From positions 4,898,001 through 4,962,000 of the forward strand of contig CM106586.1 in NCBI GenBank assembly GCA_048013815.1: a DNA stretch of 64,000 nt. The letters are read 5' to 3'. Each line of letters opens with the position of its first letter. The first letter of the stretch is position 1. Under the pieces are notes generated by a model. The model saw nothing but the letters and a program-made list of their open reading frames with translations, made no database searches and was not told the origin of the DNA. This document shows positions 1 to 12,800 of the stretch, in pieces. The position numbers and the translations under genes were made by a program. Origin of the DNA: Setoptus koraiensis. Its lineage: Eukaryota > Animalia > Arthropoda.

Positions 1-195
1 ATTACATGATGATTGATAATTACGTCGAAACAAATCCACTAGTTCTTTGTTGATTCTCTGTTTACAATCCAACGAGTGCAAGACGCGCGTTCCAAGAGTC
101 TATCAAACAATTACTTAACAATAATAAAACAGTGACAATAAAACAAATGGTGGCCTTTAGTTGAGATAATTGATCGGTTCGTTGTACTGTCTATA

Positions 196-2333
196 ATGAT
201 TCCGCCAAAGCAAACAAGTGAAAAACAACATTCAACAAGACAGCGAACCCTAGACAGTCGCAGTTGCCACGAAATATGCAACAAGTTGTTTGTCATGTCC
301 ATGTTATTTGTCATTGTTATAACATTTGTAACCATCCAAAAGTATTCAATTCCTGTTCTGTCAGCGTCGGTAGAAGATGATCTTGTAAAGTTCAGAAAAA
401 ATGATGGACAATTTGTGACATCGGTAAGCTCTACTGTTGTTATTAGTAAAATAAAGTTACCTAAGAAGTATGAATCAAAAGAAAAAGTGGGTTACTGTTG
501 CCCTCATATTGGTTGCTTCCAAGAAATTAAAAGCATGTTCAAACCTATGAAAGCTGACGATGTCAAAACAAAATTCACGCTATACAACAGAAACAATCTG
601 CAAGGACTCAACATCCCTTTTGCCGTGGTAGATCATCATTTTCAATTCGACGGTTTTGACGACGATGATGATACAGTAGACGACGAAAGTGATAACCCTA
701 CTAGCATCAGTCCCAACCAATTAACCATCGAAAAGTATCCATTTAATTTATCTTTGATAGACGAAGCGGATTTCAAACCAAACACAACAACTAGGATAAT
801 AGTTGCTGGCTATATGGCCAATGAAGAAGAGCAGTGGATTACAGAGCTGAGAGACGCTTGGCTAGACCTAGAGGATTGCAATATTATAAAAGTTTCATGG
901 ACTGGCGCCAATCATGGTCTATATTGGACGGCTGTGGCTAATACTCGTGTTGTAGCTAGACAAATAAGTGTATTTTTATACTACCTTAATGTTTTTCACC
1001 CGGTTGATGTAGACAGGATACATTTGATCGGGCACTCCCTTGGTGCACATATTGCGGGTTTTGTTGGCTCAGATCATGAGGGTAAAATAGCTCGAATAAC
1101 TGGACTAGATCCAGCTGGGCCAGTATTTTGCGATATGGATAGTTCATTGAGATTAGATGCGTCGGATGCAAATTTTGTCGATGTTATTCATACAAATGCC
1201 GGCAACATAATGTCTGGCAATCTAGGTATTTCGATGGCTGTTGGTCATTTGGACTATTATCCTAATGGTGGTTCATCACAGCCCGGTTGTGAAATGACCA
1301 TCGCAGATCCAATAGAGAGTCTGGCGTGCAATCATCGTGCCTCTTATAGGTACTTGACTGAAATAGTGAAACGACAAATTCTGGTTTCGGGCATCAAACG
1401 TCAAGAGAATATTGATGATTCTAAAGTTCCGCTTTTAATGGTAACGCCAATTGCCTACTTAGTTAGCACCACATCACAAGAGGATTTAGTTGGAGACGAT
1501 AATCCGAAACTCAATGTGGCCCGCTTAACAAAAGCCATATCTCCTCCAAATGCAAATGAGGAAGAGTTACCTACGATTAGAGAGGTCGAGTTCCATCAAT
1601 TGAAGCCAACTTTTCCACGACATCACAGAGGAATTTACTACTTTAAGACAGTACCGGACCCACCGTATTATTGTGAGTAGCAATCCGACCGATCAACATA
1701 ATCGATTAATATATTGACAATTCTTTTTTAATAGACGTATTGAAAATTTCACCTATCACATTCAACACTTGAAGCCGAACAACTCATGCTGACAATCCTG
1801 TCTGAGAGAAGTCTTGTAAAGAAGATAGTGCTCTGTATTAGATATCTCGATACAATCGTGTTAAAAAAGAATATAGACGAAATAGGCGATAGCATGACAT
1901 TCCTGTTTGCCAAACCAAACGCAATCTACAACTATGACAATCGTGATGATAAAATCGAAGATTACAAGGATGTTCAATCTCTCAATAGTAAAAATAATGA
2001 GGCTAGATTGCAAATTTATTGGAGGCACAAGTTTGGTCAGATCAATCAATTGTTTGACCGCGAGTCATCCGTGATCAACTTAAAGCAAATCAATTTAGAA
2101 AATTTAACCCTTAACAAGTAAGTAGCAATGCCAATCAGAACTGTTTCATCGTTACACTCTAGATCATCAATTTATCTAATTTTCATCATAAAACTATCTG
2201 CTTTTCTGTCAGGACAATAAGATTTGTACCATCTGACGATAAAGATGAAATTGTTGTGCCTAAGCGAATTTGGTACGAGATGAAGGCCGATAGTGCTGAG
2301 CTCAAAAACACATCAACAACTTATCAGTCTTAG
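196..2333 (+). CDS. Pancreatic lipase / lipoprotein lipase family protein with N-terminal hydrophobic anchor; probable exons 196-1672, 1775-2117, 2213-2333
   Basis: The 494-aa ORF has the nucleophile elbow IHLIGHSLGAHIAG, RITGLDPAGP (Asp), DANFVDVIHT, GHLDYYPNGG and CNH (His). A GTGAGT donor at 1673 just before the ORF stop joins in phase 1 to an AG at 1773-1774 in the frame of ORF 1786..2121. A GTAAGT donor at 2118 and a TCAG acceptor at 2212 give a last exon ending in TAG at 2331-2333. Exons 2-3, a putative C-terminal domain, are inferred from splice sites and phase only. Confidence 0.9.
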
Positions 2334-2686
2334 AATAAGAGAAATCTTCTGTAAATGATACAAAACTGTTTCATAATAATCATCTGTTGAAGATAATAAT
2401 GAGCAAAATCATGAAGAGGAACGGGAGAAGAAAAAGAAACTCAAACAAATAACATAATTTATTATCATGATAATTTATAACAACAATTTAATCTCTATTT
2501 TCGAGTTGCACAAGTCAATATATCTCGAGGCATAGGTTTTGAAAATATCACATTGATTGCATTTGTCCTGTATTGATTCTTTCAACACAAAATCTACCGT
2601 GCATTATTGCTAGTTTGGCAGTAACAGATAATAATGTGTAAATAGTGTTAATAATAGTAATAATAATACATGGCCTTGATAAAGCA

Positions 2687-5600
2687 TTATGGGTACGCAC
2701 ATCTATAACCCTGCTCTTCAAATTGTGAATTCCGGAAGTTGCTATTCCTATCTGAAGAGGAACCATCTGGATTTATCGGATAGAAATAAGATTTGTAGCC
2801 TTGTATTCCTGGCGTTTTGGTTCTAGAATTTGTAGCTGGACTTTTTGTCACCTTATAATTGTTGTTGGTGTTATTCTGGTGATTCCGTAAAAAATGGTCA
2901 ACCTGTTGGCGCTGATTGCTATTCAATGGTGTCTGAATTGACTTCTTATTTGCTCGATGCTCTTGCTCAATCAAATTTTTAGTCGGCTGTTCCAAGTTGT
3001 GATGCTCCGAAGATCCGCTACTGGCGACACTAGGCGATGCGACAGCATTATCACATCTAATCTCATCACTGTTTGGATTACCAATCGTTCTAATTATCTT
3101 AGGTGACTTGCGCGAGCCTTCGTGACTGGGAACAGTCGATAAATAATTGCCTGCATCGTCTACAACAAGATTGTTGCCGTTGATATTTTCAGAATTAAGG
3201 TAGCCCATGTTGCGTAGCGCATCGGCCGATGAAGGACCTAATTTGGACAAGGCAGCACTCATGTTATTTCGTGATTGCTTTGTCTCTGAGAAGCCATTGA
3301 ATCTATTCCTTCCTTGGCTATGTTTCTGATGCTTCTGTTGGTGATGGTGCTGTTGTTGATCGCTCGAATCCGGAAACGCACCAAATACTGTTGAAGATGA
3401 GCCAGTATACGAGGACGTTTTAGTAGCTCCCTCTGGACCTACTCTCGCCTCGATGGAGGACGGAACGCGCAATGACAGTAGCTTGCCGTAGCGATGTATC
3501 TGTATCATTATCGGCGCAAAAATTCCTATCAGAACAGAGAATGCTATCAGTATCATTGTTACGCTACATATTACGTCACGAGTAGAACCATTTTGCACGT
3601 AAACATGCAATACAATGGAAAATGAGTAAACTGGCACACATATTATTGTGGCAATAAACGCATTGCCACCATCAATATGGTTCCCATTAGTTACGCAACC
3701 TGTGGGTCCCCCAAACGATCCAGCAGAAGGTCCGCCTGTTACTAAATGCACTGGAGAGGCCATATGGTGATGACTATGACAATGATGGTGTCCGCTGTAG
3801 GAACCTTCGCGTCTTGTTGTAAACGAATATAGTATCAACAGCACAATTATGAAACCAACATACAATTGGCTGTACAAGAAATCGTCTGCATCGGCAAGAC
3901 AATAATCATTGGCTGAATTGTTGTTATCTAGTTGATGTTTATTGTTGCCGTTAGTAACCTTTATGAGATATTGCTGCTGATTAGTACTCGAACTTCTACG
4001 ATGGTTGTTGTTGATATGTAAAGGGAATTGTATGAAGTTGGCGCCTTCGTTCCTTGTTTCGTACCTACAAAAAATCAAATTCGAATCAGGATAAAATCTA
4101 TTAGTCAAATCAACCACCACGAATCCCAATTCAAAAAAAAATAAAAAAAACTTATTTCAAATACTGACCTCCACCGCTGAATCTCGATAGCCAATTGGAC
4201 AGATACCATAAATACAAGCGTGAGAAACTGATTCAGTCTATTTTGTCGGCCCCCCAAACCTATTGATGCTGAAGCTCTAATTTGCATGGCTCTTAGTAGG
4301 AGAGTTCCAAATATAAGAACTAAAGCAAAGTTGTGCCATGAAGTACGAAACAAACATAACGCTGGCGTAGGGTAAATAACGAACCTGATCACGGGCGTGA
4401 GTCAATATAAAAAAAATTATTGTGTCATTATTGTGAGATATGAATTGATATTGTAACGTAGTATTAGTAAAATGCGTAATTACTTACAGTGTTGATCCAA
4501 AAAATACCACTATGATCGTAAAGAGATGTATCGATCTCATACTTTGGTTATCTCTATCAAGTGACCCTTCGCAATTTTTCATAAGTAAGAACGTTAACAC
4601 ATACAGAGTTATTAATGCTCCAATTATATTGGCGCTCAGTATGGAAAGAGCTATCCAGCTAGTGTAGATCCACTTTAGATGTTGCCTGTAATGTGTGATA
4701 ATGAAAACATAATTGGAGTAGATAAAGAAAAAAAGCGAAACCTGTATGTTAGATTTTTCGAAAGTCATTCTGAGGAGCTTGACTTTCTACAATTGTACTT
4801 ACTTCATTTTGATTTTACTCGTCGTAGAACTGTGATCCGCATGAAGCTCGTTGGTATGGGTTACCAGTTTGATTGGCATTGAAGATGGGTCGTCGACAGC
4901 CCCTCCTAAAGGTGACAAGGAGGATGTCGGTATAGGTCCTAGCTCATTAAAAGGCGGTGGCACATTGGTGAATGGATTGAGAATGACGGCATCGGAAGTG
5001 GTCGCAGAATCAGTGCTTGTCATCTCCGATGGAACCATTGTAGGTTGAGTAGTGTGCTCACGATCACTATTTAAAATGTAATGACCTCCACCAAAAGTAT
5101 GCCCATTGTACATGTTGTCCATCAGCGATCTCTGATGATTAGATTTAACAGCTTTAATTTGATCGTCGTCGTTTACATTCCAGTCGCTCTTGGTCGATCG
5201 TGCGCTCTGTTGCCTGTAATGATTGGGCTGTGTATCAACTGTACCATTCACTTGATCATGTTTTATCTGAGTCACAAATCCATTTAAACCATTGCTCGGA
5301 GAATGAGTCGACGATGTTGCCGGCAAGATGGACATTGTGAATGGGGCCTCTGTCGAAGCTTTGGCCTTCAACTCATCCCCGTCATCCCCGGACAGCTCGT
5401 GTATGCCATCTGACTTTTTAATCGGGCCAGAGTATCCGGGTAACGTTTCAAGAGAATTCACATGAGAGTTGCTCATGGGGCGACCATCATCTTTTAATGC
5501 GGGATCTATTTGTTCCTCATTCACCAGACGTGTGCCAGATTTTGCGTCGGCTCGTTGGCTCGAGTAAGACTTTTGTCTATCCACCGAATGATGAATATCT

Positions 5601-8600
5601 GGCTTGTTAGTAATCAATTGATCTTGTTTATTTATTCTTTTGCCATCAATGAAATCGATCAAAGCGCCGGCAACCTGTTGCTCTAACTTTTGCACCCTGT
5701 TGTTGACCGTCGACGATGGTGAACGGGCGAAATCACGATCTCTAAGTGCAGCAAGGTTATGAGCAATATCTGAGCTAGTGGCTGGAATAGTTCGGTCAAG
5801 TACTCTTTTCTTTTTATCCTGTTCTCTTGTGCTATTTTCCGAAGGTCGTTTCTTGTGCAATACGATATTACTTGTGGTTGTTTGATCATAATTTGCGCCA
5901 ACTGGCTGTCGACTCAGTCCATCATCGTCTGGCGTTTCATCATTTTCAGGATCTTCGTTGGGCCCATCGTTATTATTGTTCGCTGTTTCCTCGCTTGCCT
6001 CCGCCTGGCGCTCAAATGGTATCATAAATTTCTCTCTAAAGGTGGTCTCATGTCTGTCTGAGCTAGCAGTGGGCCAGGGTTGTGGTCGAGTGGCCTCGTA
6101 AGAATGTCTCAGAGTCTCTTCATCTAGAATCAGCTTATTTTTGTCCTCTTCGGTGTATTCGCCCAATTCAGTTATATCACAGTCATCACTGATATACTTA
6201 ATGCTATATTTGTTTGTAACAAGTTCATTATGTTGGTCAAATTTCAGCCTAAATCCATCCAAAGAAGTTATACCGGTATTTTTTATTTGTGTATTGAGTC
6301 GCTTCAAAGATTTGTGAACAAGATGTGTTAGATTGCGATTCATCTTAGTGAGACATTGACGATTTGCTTGACCCTTCGACGATTGTCCGTCAGCTGAGTT
6401 ACTGGTATCAGAGAGCGACAAAGTTGACGACGAAGACATGCACTCTTTACTATGTATTGACTTGAATGCGGACGCTGCCACCCAAACCGCCTTAATAACC
6501 GGCTCGGCGCTCAATTCATCAGGCTCAACTGTACTTTTTGTTTGTGATTGATATTTAGCAAATTCACAAATAAGCGGATGGTCACTAGCCTGGCCCTCCA
6601 ATAGGACAGTATCTCTAAAATATCTATTGAATTCGCTGGTGTCCTCGGGTTTAGGCGCAATCAGATAGAAGGATTTTCTTGAGCAAAGGCTATCCTCAGA
6701 GCTGGCACTACGTTTAGTGAATATAGTTTTGAGCTCCTTTGATATATCTTCTCGAGTTATAACAATCAACGAAAAGTATTTACTCACTGCCGCTAAATCA
6801 TTTCTTAATCGCGTCACCAAATCGAACGCTTCTGATCTTGTAATAAATAATAGAATTATGGGTGAGTGTATTGTCTGTTGATCAGGTGAACCATTGCTGG
6901 ACATATTGCTGGATGCGGATTGATCTGTGTCAGCGTCATTTGTGGACGACGACTTTGAGGCTAGTATGGATTCAAGCGATTCAGTTGATTTAATCTGATC
7001 AATGGGCTTAGAGGATTCCAACATTTTGTAATTACTGTGATAAGTGGGAATGGTCAATTTCAAGTAATCAATAAATTCTGATGGCAAATTCGAAGAGATA
7101 ATTATGAGCGATGACTGGCTGTGATGATTGTTGGCCAATGAAGATGATGATTTAGCGGCTATCTTTTTGCTGAATTGCAATGCACCATGAGCGAGAAATC
7201 TAGATGATGGTGCAGTTGTAAACAGGTATTTTTTTTGTTCCTCAGTAAAAGTGTTATAATCCTCTATGGCGTAATTTTCCTTTGTAGTTATCACTGGCAC
7301 TTTGAATGAGGTTAGCAATTGTATGGCCTTAGTTTGTTGATCTCCGTGAGCAATAGTCACTGTGTGGTTGAATTAGGACAACAATAAATACAAGAGTTAA
7401 AGATCTATTATCCTGTCAATAGGAAAGTGACATGGACCTCTCTGGTCATTTACATAAAACAGCCGCTGTGTGGCCCGAGGATCGTAATCGTTCATATCAA
7501 TGGCATCGTTTGCATCGGTCAGAGAGCGACCATTTGGTGAAAAACTGGCTTACGGCATGCAATCATTGTTGACAGTGAAATTTTTTCTTCAGTCAATCAA
7601 ACAGTTTTTCACACCAAACAAGCCGTGTCGTTGGTTTGTCTCAAATGCTCAAAAAGAGATCAATAGGTGCGAGTGATGGTCATCTGATCTGCCGAAGAAG
7701 CCCATCATGAGACAGTTTTGCGGGCAAGTTGTTTTGGTTTTGGTTGTCCATTGACATTGTCGTGTATTCATAGTCGATGAATCATAGATGGACCACACAC
7801 ATGCACGAAGACACGGTGGGCAAGCTAGATAGCATTCGATTTGACGATTTCGATTTGTGCAGACCGACAATTAAATGGTGGAGATGTTGTGGTCTTAAAG
7901 ACAAATTGTTTGTCGCGGCCATTATTGATTAGTTTCTCTGTCTGGCCTGAAGTTTTGAAGGATTCTAAGATAAACGGCAACAATAATAACAATATTACCT
8001 CGAAAATCACTTGTCGATTGTCGTTGTTCGGCACAGACAAACCACAAGCGAGCGAACGACGCCGGCAACAACCGCTACGATTGTCTTTGCCAACTGATAT
8101 AACTGATATAACTGATATAACTGATATAACGGCAAAGCGGCACATATTGTCAGCACTGTAATTAGGCATTTTGTTGTTGCTTGGTGGTAATAGAAACACA
8201 CTGCTGAGAGCCACCATCTATTCTGAATGTTGCTTCTCTCTCTCTCGCTCTCTCGCTCTGATCTGCTGCGTTGTTGCCCGAAGAAAGCTCTTGTTGCCTT
8301 TACGTTTAACTTGGGTTAATCAATTCAAATCACAACAACACCGCTAATCCAATCATTTCCTATTCCGTGTGAATGAAAATTTTCCTACACTCACAAGATG
8401 GATATTGTCTATCTGAACTGACTGAGTTGACTGTTGAGATAAAACAATCCGCATTGAACTGAACAAAACTTGTACAAAACGTATTTGTGTGTGTGTGCGT
8501 CAAGTATCGCAAGCAAGTCTTGTCGTGTGAGTTTATGTGTGCCTAGACAAGTTATTTATCGGAACTTACCTGATATTGGCGAACCTTTCGGCGAGTCGCA

Positions 8601-9805
8601 TGTTGCCTGCTGGAAGGCATTCAAGTTTGACACAATGCGCACCGATTGACGCTGTCCAACATCTAAATCGCTACACGAATCATAGATGTAGGCCCCAATG
8701 CTAAAGTAACTATCACCTATCAAGTTGGCCTGATGACTGCTCCAAATGGCAGCCATTCCAGCATACAGTGCATTTGTATCGGTGGCTGTGCAAGAGCCAC
8801 GATTATAGCTAGTCGCTTGCGACAAACTAGATGATGGAGTTGTCGGCGATATTCCAGACGACATTGGTCTGGCTGATCTATCTGATGATGATGAAATTCC
8901 AAATATTTGTCGTCTGTCATGCCTATGTTGCTGCTGCTGTTGCAGTCCGTACTGTGTTTGCATCTGGGGCCCCGTAGAGCTGTAATGATTTGCAGTGTTT
9001 TCATTTGCCTCTTGTGACTCGGCTAAAATCATTGTCTCGAATGGTGACCTTGTATGAGATATATTGGCACTTGTGCCATTGGCATCTAAGTTGGCTGGCG
9101 GTGCCACATGATCGATCATCATGCTGGAAGCTTCGGTCGGTTGTTCGGACGAATGTGCGGACAGCAACAAACCGAATGACACCTGTGTTTCAATTGTTTT
9201 AAATAGGAATTGAAATTGGAAATTATTTTGAAATTGCAAAATGTGTTAGCCAGCGATTGTTGATTAGCAACGTCATCTCTATTGCGCGCCTCATCTTCTT
9301 ATTTCATCATATCATTATATCTAACATCATGTATGATCAACGCTGCGTAACTACTTACATGACCGAGATATATGGTGGGCCTCGGATCTGGGTGACTTTG
9401 ACAGCTTGCCAATGATGCCACAAAATGCACAATTAAACTGGCAACTAAAATGATGGCCGCCGAGCAGATTGGTGTGCCAAACATGAATCTACTCCGACGA
9501 TGATTCGACCGTGATTCGTGAGCGTGGCCATTGTCGGTGGTGTTAGCGACACACTTTGGCTTGTGTTGTTGCTCGTGATGACGGTTAGTATAAATTAATG
9601 AACTTGGAACAGTATCACGCAACAAGTGGCCAGCCATCACGTACCGGTTCTCTGTACAAGACGATGATGTAAATAGGCTTAAATAAAATAGCTTTTCATG
9701 TTGACACCATGGACGGGAACGGACACATTTAGCTCGTGGTCTGGAAGCGCTTGTTTGCACTTGCTGTGCCCAAATATCACCATCAATGTCATATTTCGCA
9801 TTCAT
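2687..9805 (-). CDS. Class C GPCR, Boss / mGluR-like orphan receptor; exons approx. 9805(or 9484)-9326, 9182-8570, 7359-4803, 4685-4488, 4384-4169, 4097-2687
   Basis: ORFs 9299..9805, 8556..9239, 4799..7360, 4484..4768, 4105..4392 and 2687..4129 join in phase at canonical GT-AG sites. Venus-flytrap-like motifs: D-VSFGLLLSAH, AAIWSSHQANLIGDSYFSIGAYIYDSCS, LLTSFKVPVIT, YLFTTAPSSRF, VIKAVWVAASAF. Seven hydrophobic segments run from WIALSILSANIIG to LIGIFAPIMIQI. A signal-like segment, ICSAAIILVASLIVHFVASLASC, is in exon 1. Subfamily assignment is from recalled similarity, not a search. Confidence 0.85.
8092..8130. repeat. 9-bp tandem repeat (AACTGATAT) x4 in GPCR intron
   Basis: Read directly: aactgatat repeated four times. 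Confidence 0.9.
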
Positions 9806-12800
9806 TATTACTGCTCATCTAATTAATAGGATGATGAAATCTGCTGTTGCTGTTGTTGACCATTCCTTTCTTCTGTCGATAAATATATAAAGATAAATCG
9901 TAATTTAGAACAGGTTAGTCAGTGATCATCTCGAGTGGCTTTTAGGTTTGTGTGTTATGCAAAAATTTGTGTAAACATGCGCCAGAGAGCAAGTTCGACG
10001 ACCCTATAATCAAAACGATAATTAAAATGAACCGAAGACAGAGGGTCTATTTCGAGTTGAAAAAATCACGTTGGACACGCAACGCAGGCGAGTTCTTTTC
10101 TTGCTCAACTTGTCGGCCTGTATCGGTGTTTGTTCTCATCGCGAGCCACTATTAGCGGCATTTAAATTGAGCATCGGTCCGATACATCGGGCATATTTGA
10201 ATTGCTTTGCAACAGATAAAGCCATGGCAGCGCGGCTTGTGGCATTGTTTCTGCTTGGATTATTGTTGGACCTTTAGAGCGCAGAGTTCATCTTTTGTCA
10301 CACTTGTTCGAAACAAAAATCCGATCCTCTGGGCGAGCGTCTTTTTCTTTCTGTTTCTTCTGTCATTACCTACAAGTCTGTCGGTACAAGGTTTGCCTTC
10401 GTCGGCAACTCGGTGGCTTCATTCAGACGCCATTCGGCCACAAGGATCGTTCATGATTGTCTCTACCGAGTGTGTAGTTGGCCCAACAATCGACCAACCA
10501 ATAACTTGTCAACTACTGGTCTGATGTCTGCCACTATTTGCATATCGACCACTGCTACTGTTGCTGCCGATCTCAAGCTAGAGAAATAAAGTCAATGGTC
10601 AATGTTGACGACACGCGACTCGACTAGTTAACTCACGGGCACTGGCCAAGCAATGGCGTGTTCTCCTGGTTGCAATTTTAAACTTTTTTCGTCCTCTCTT
10701 CTTTTATCTATAATGTATCTTTGTATGAAATGCAAATAGCCACAAGTTAAACACAAGTTAAACTGTCTAATACTGTCGTGTCATCAATGCTCGCAGCGAC
10801 TGTTCATGCGTGCAATTGTCCGAGATGAGATTCAAACCGATGCATTCAGTTGCACAATCCAGCCACCGTGTGATGATTCGTTTTTTTATAGCTCGGTAAT
10901 TGTTGTTATTGAATAAATTAAAAGTAACTACTAAATATTGGTTGCTGCTGACAATTGTGCCACTGACTCACGCTAATTATCCGACTTAAATGACACTTTC
11001 AATATAATGATATATGATAATTATACTAGCGAACAATGCTAATTGTGGGATCAAACAACTGCATTGCCGCATCGATTGCACACCAACCAGGCGAGACCCC
11101 CCGCCTCAGATGATCTGAGTCAGATCCAAAAGATATAAGCGAGATATAAGCGATAAACATAGAGCGATAGTAAGGAGGCGTAGAGAAAATTACCCTATGG
11201 GGCCTAGCTAATACATGTGGGCCAGGCTAACTAGAGAGCACCACCAAGACGAAATTGGAGCAGTATAGATGGATTGTCTTTTCGTTGTCGCCAGTTGTGC
11301 GTGGGACACAACAGAGAGTAACAACACTGCAATCTCCATCCAGCTCGATAGAAAATATTATCTCGCAGGGCATGAGAATATTTTCAACTCAGCAAAGACC
11401 ATTTAAGGATCTTGTCGCTGGCATGAAATGCTGCCCTGAAATGACGAGCAGTAGATGCATCCTTCTGTTTGTTTATGCTTTTGTATGGGGTATATACATG
11501 TAATATGTTTGTGTGGTCCGTAATAAATCTAACCAAATTCAGCCCGGGTTTCTAATAAAAACGTCGGAGGAAGGACACATTGGCCGCCTCATCAAAATTT
11601 GCACAGCCGTTGTTTATCATTGCTGTTGGGTTCCAAAAACAAGTGTAGTCTCGATATTGTTGCACCACATGCCAAGACATGATTTGATACGGCTGATTAT
11701 CATATAATGAAAAATAATAAATATTGATCGCACAATTGCAAGCAGTCGCAGTTGTTGCTCGCCATAACTAATGTGTCATTCGCGGCTATATGGCCTGTCA
11801 TGAACCTGTGATAGCTTCGGCGATTATGAATAATGCAACAAGTCGCCAGTGAGTCGTGATGACAAGTACAAGTTTGTGAGTCGATCGGAGGCAAAACGTT
11901 GGCATGCCAACTAAATAGTTGACGATGATCTCATGAGAATGAATGTCACTCACTATACGATCGATGCAACAACACTATTAGTTTCAGAGTGGATGCCCGT
12001 GGCTTTCACTGTAACAGGTAATACATACTTTCTCTCTTATCTGCCAGCTACACAATGTTGATAGATAAAAGAGGAAAAGAAGAAAGAAATAAAGAGTGCA
12101 TGTGGATGATGTAATCACGACATTAATGAATCAACAGGTAGTCTTTACAGCATCAACAACAAAGTGAGCCGTCAATGAATTGATAGATGAAAGAAGTATC
12201 GTCATCTCGGGGCTGATTATCACTATTGTCGTCGTCGTCGTCGTAGTCAGCATTATCATTATGACAATTCTATAGTGATGCTAGACCGAACGCATGAATA
12301 GAATATCACCTGTTGCTGTTTAGTATGCTGTCTACATGCTGCTATGATAGGTGAACTGTCTATTGCGCCTTTATCTAGGTTGTTTGTAGGTATATGTGGC
12401 AGTCAGGTATGTGCGATAGTGTGAGCAAAGCCATTTGTTGCCATCTCTTTGCTCGTTTGTTGGAGAATTGTTTGAATGGATAGTTTAGATTAACTACTAC
12501 ATTATGTATGATGCTGAATGTATTCGCTGCGAAGACAACTTTGCTATTTCTCAATGACTATCACATAGTGAAAGTCTCACTCTTTTATGTGCAATACTCT
12601 CTTGTATCCCGGTAATGGCCTGGCGCAAACACATCACCTGGCAAGCTATTGCGTGCCTGTCCTATGGCATTGATAGAAATACACAATTTCACATGCATGT
12701 GTCATTGCGTGAAACATTCAAGCATCAAACGTAATGAATTCATCAAATTGTGAATGACCACAAAGTATCTATTCAGCCACATGAGGGGTCCCTCGATTCC

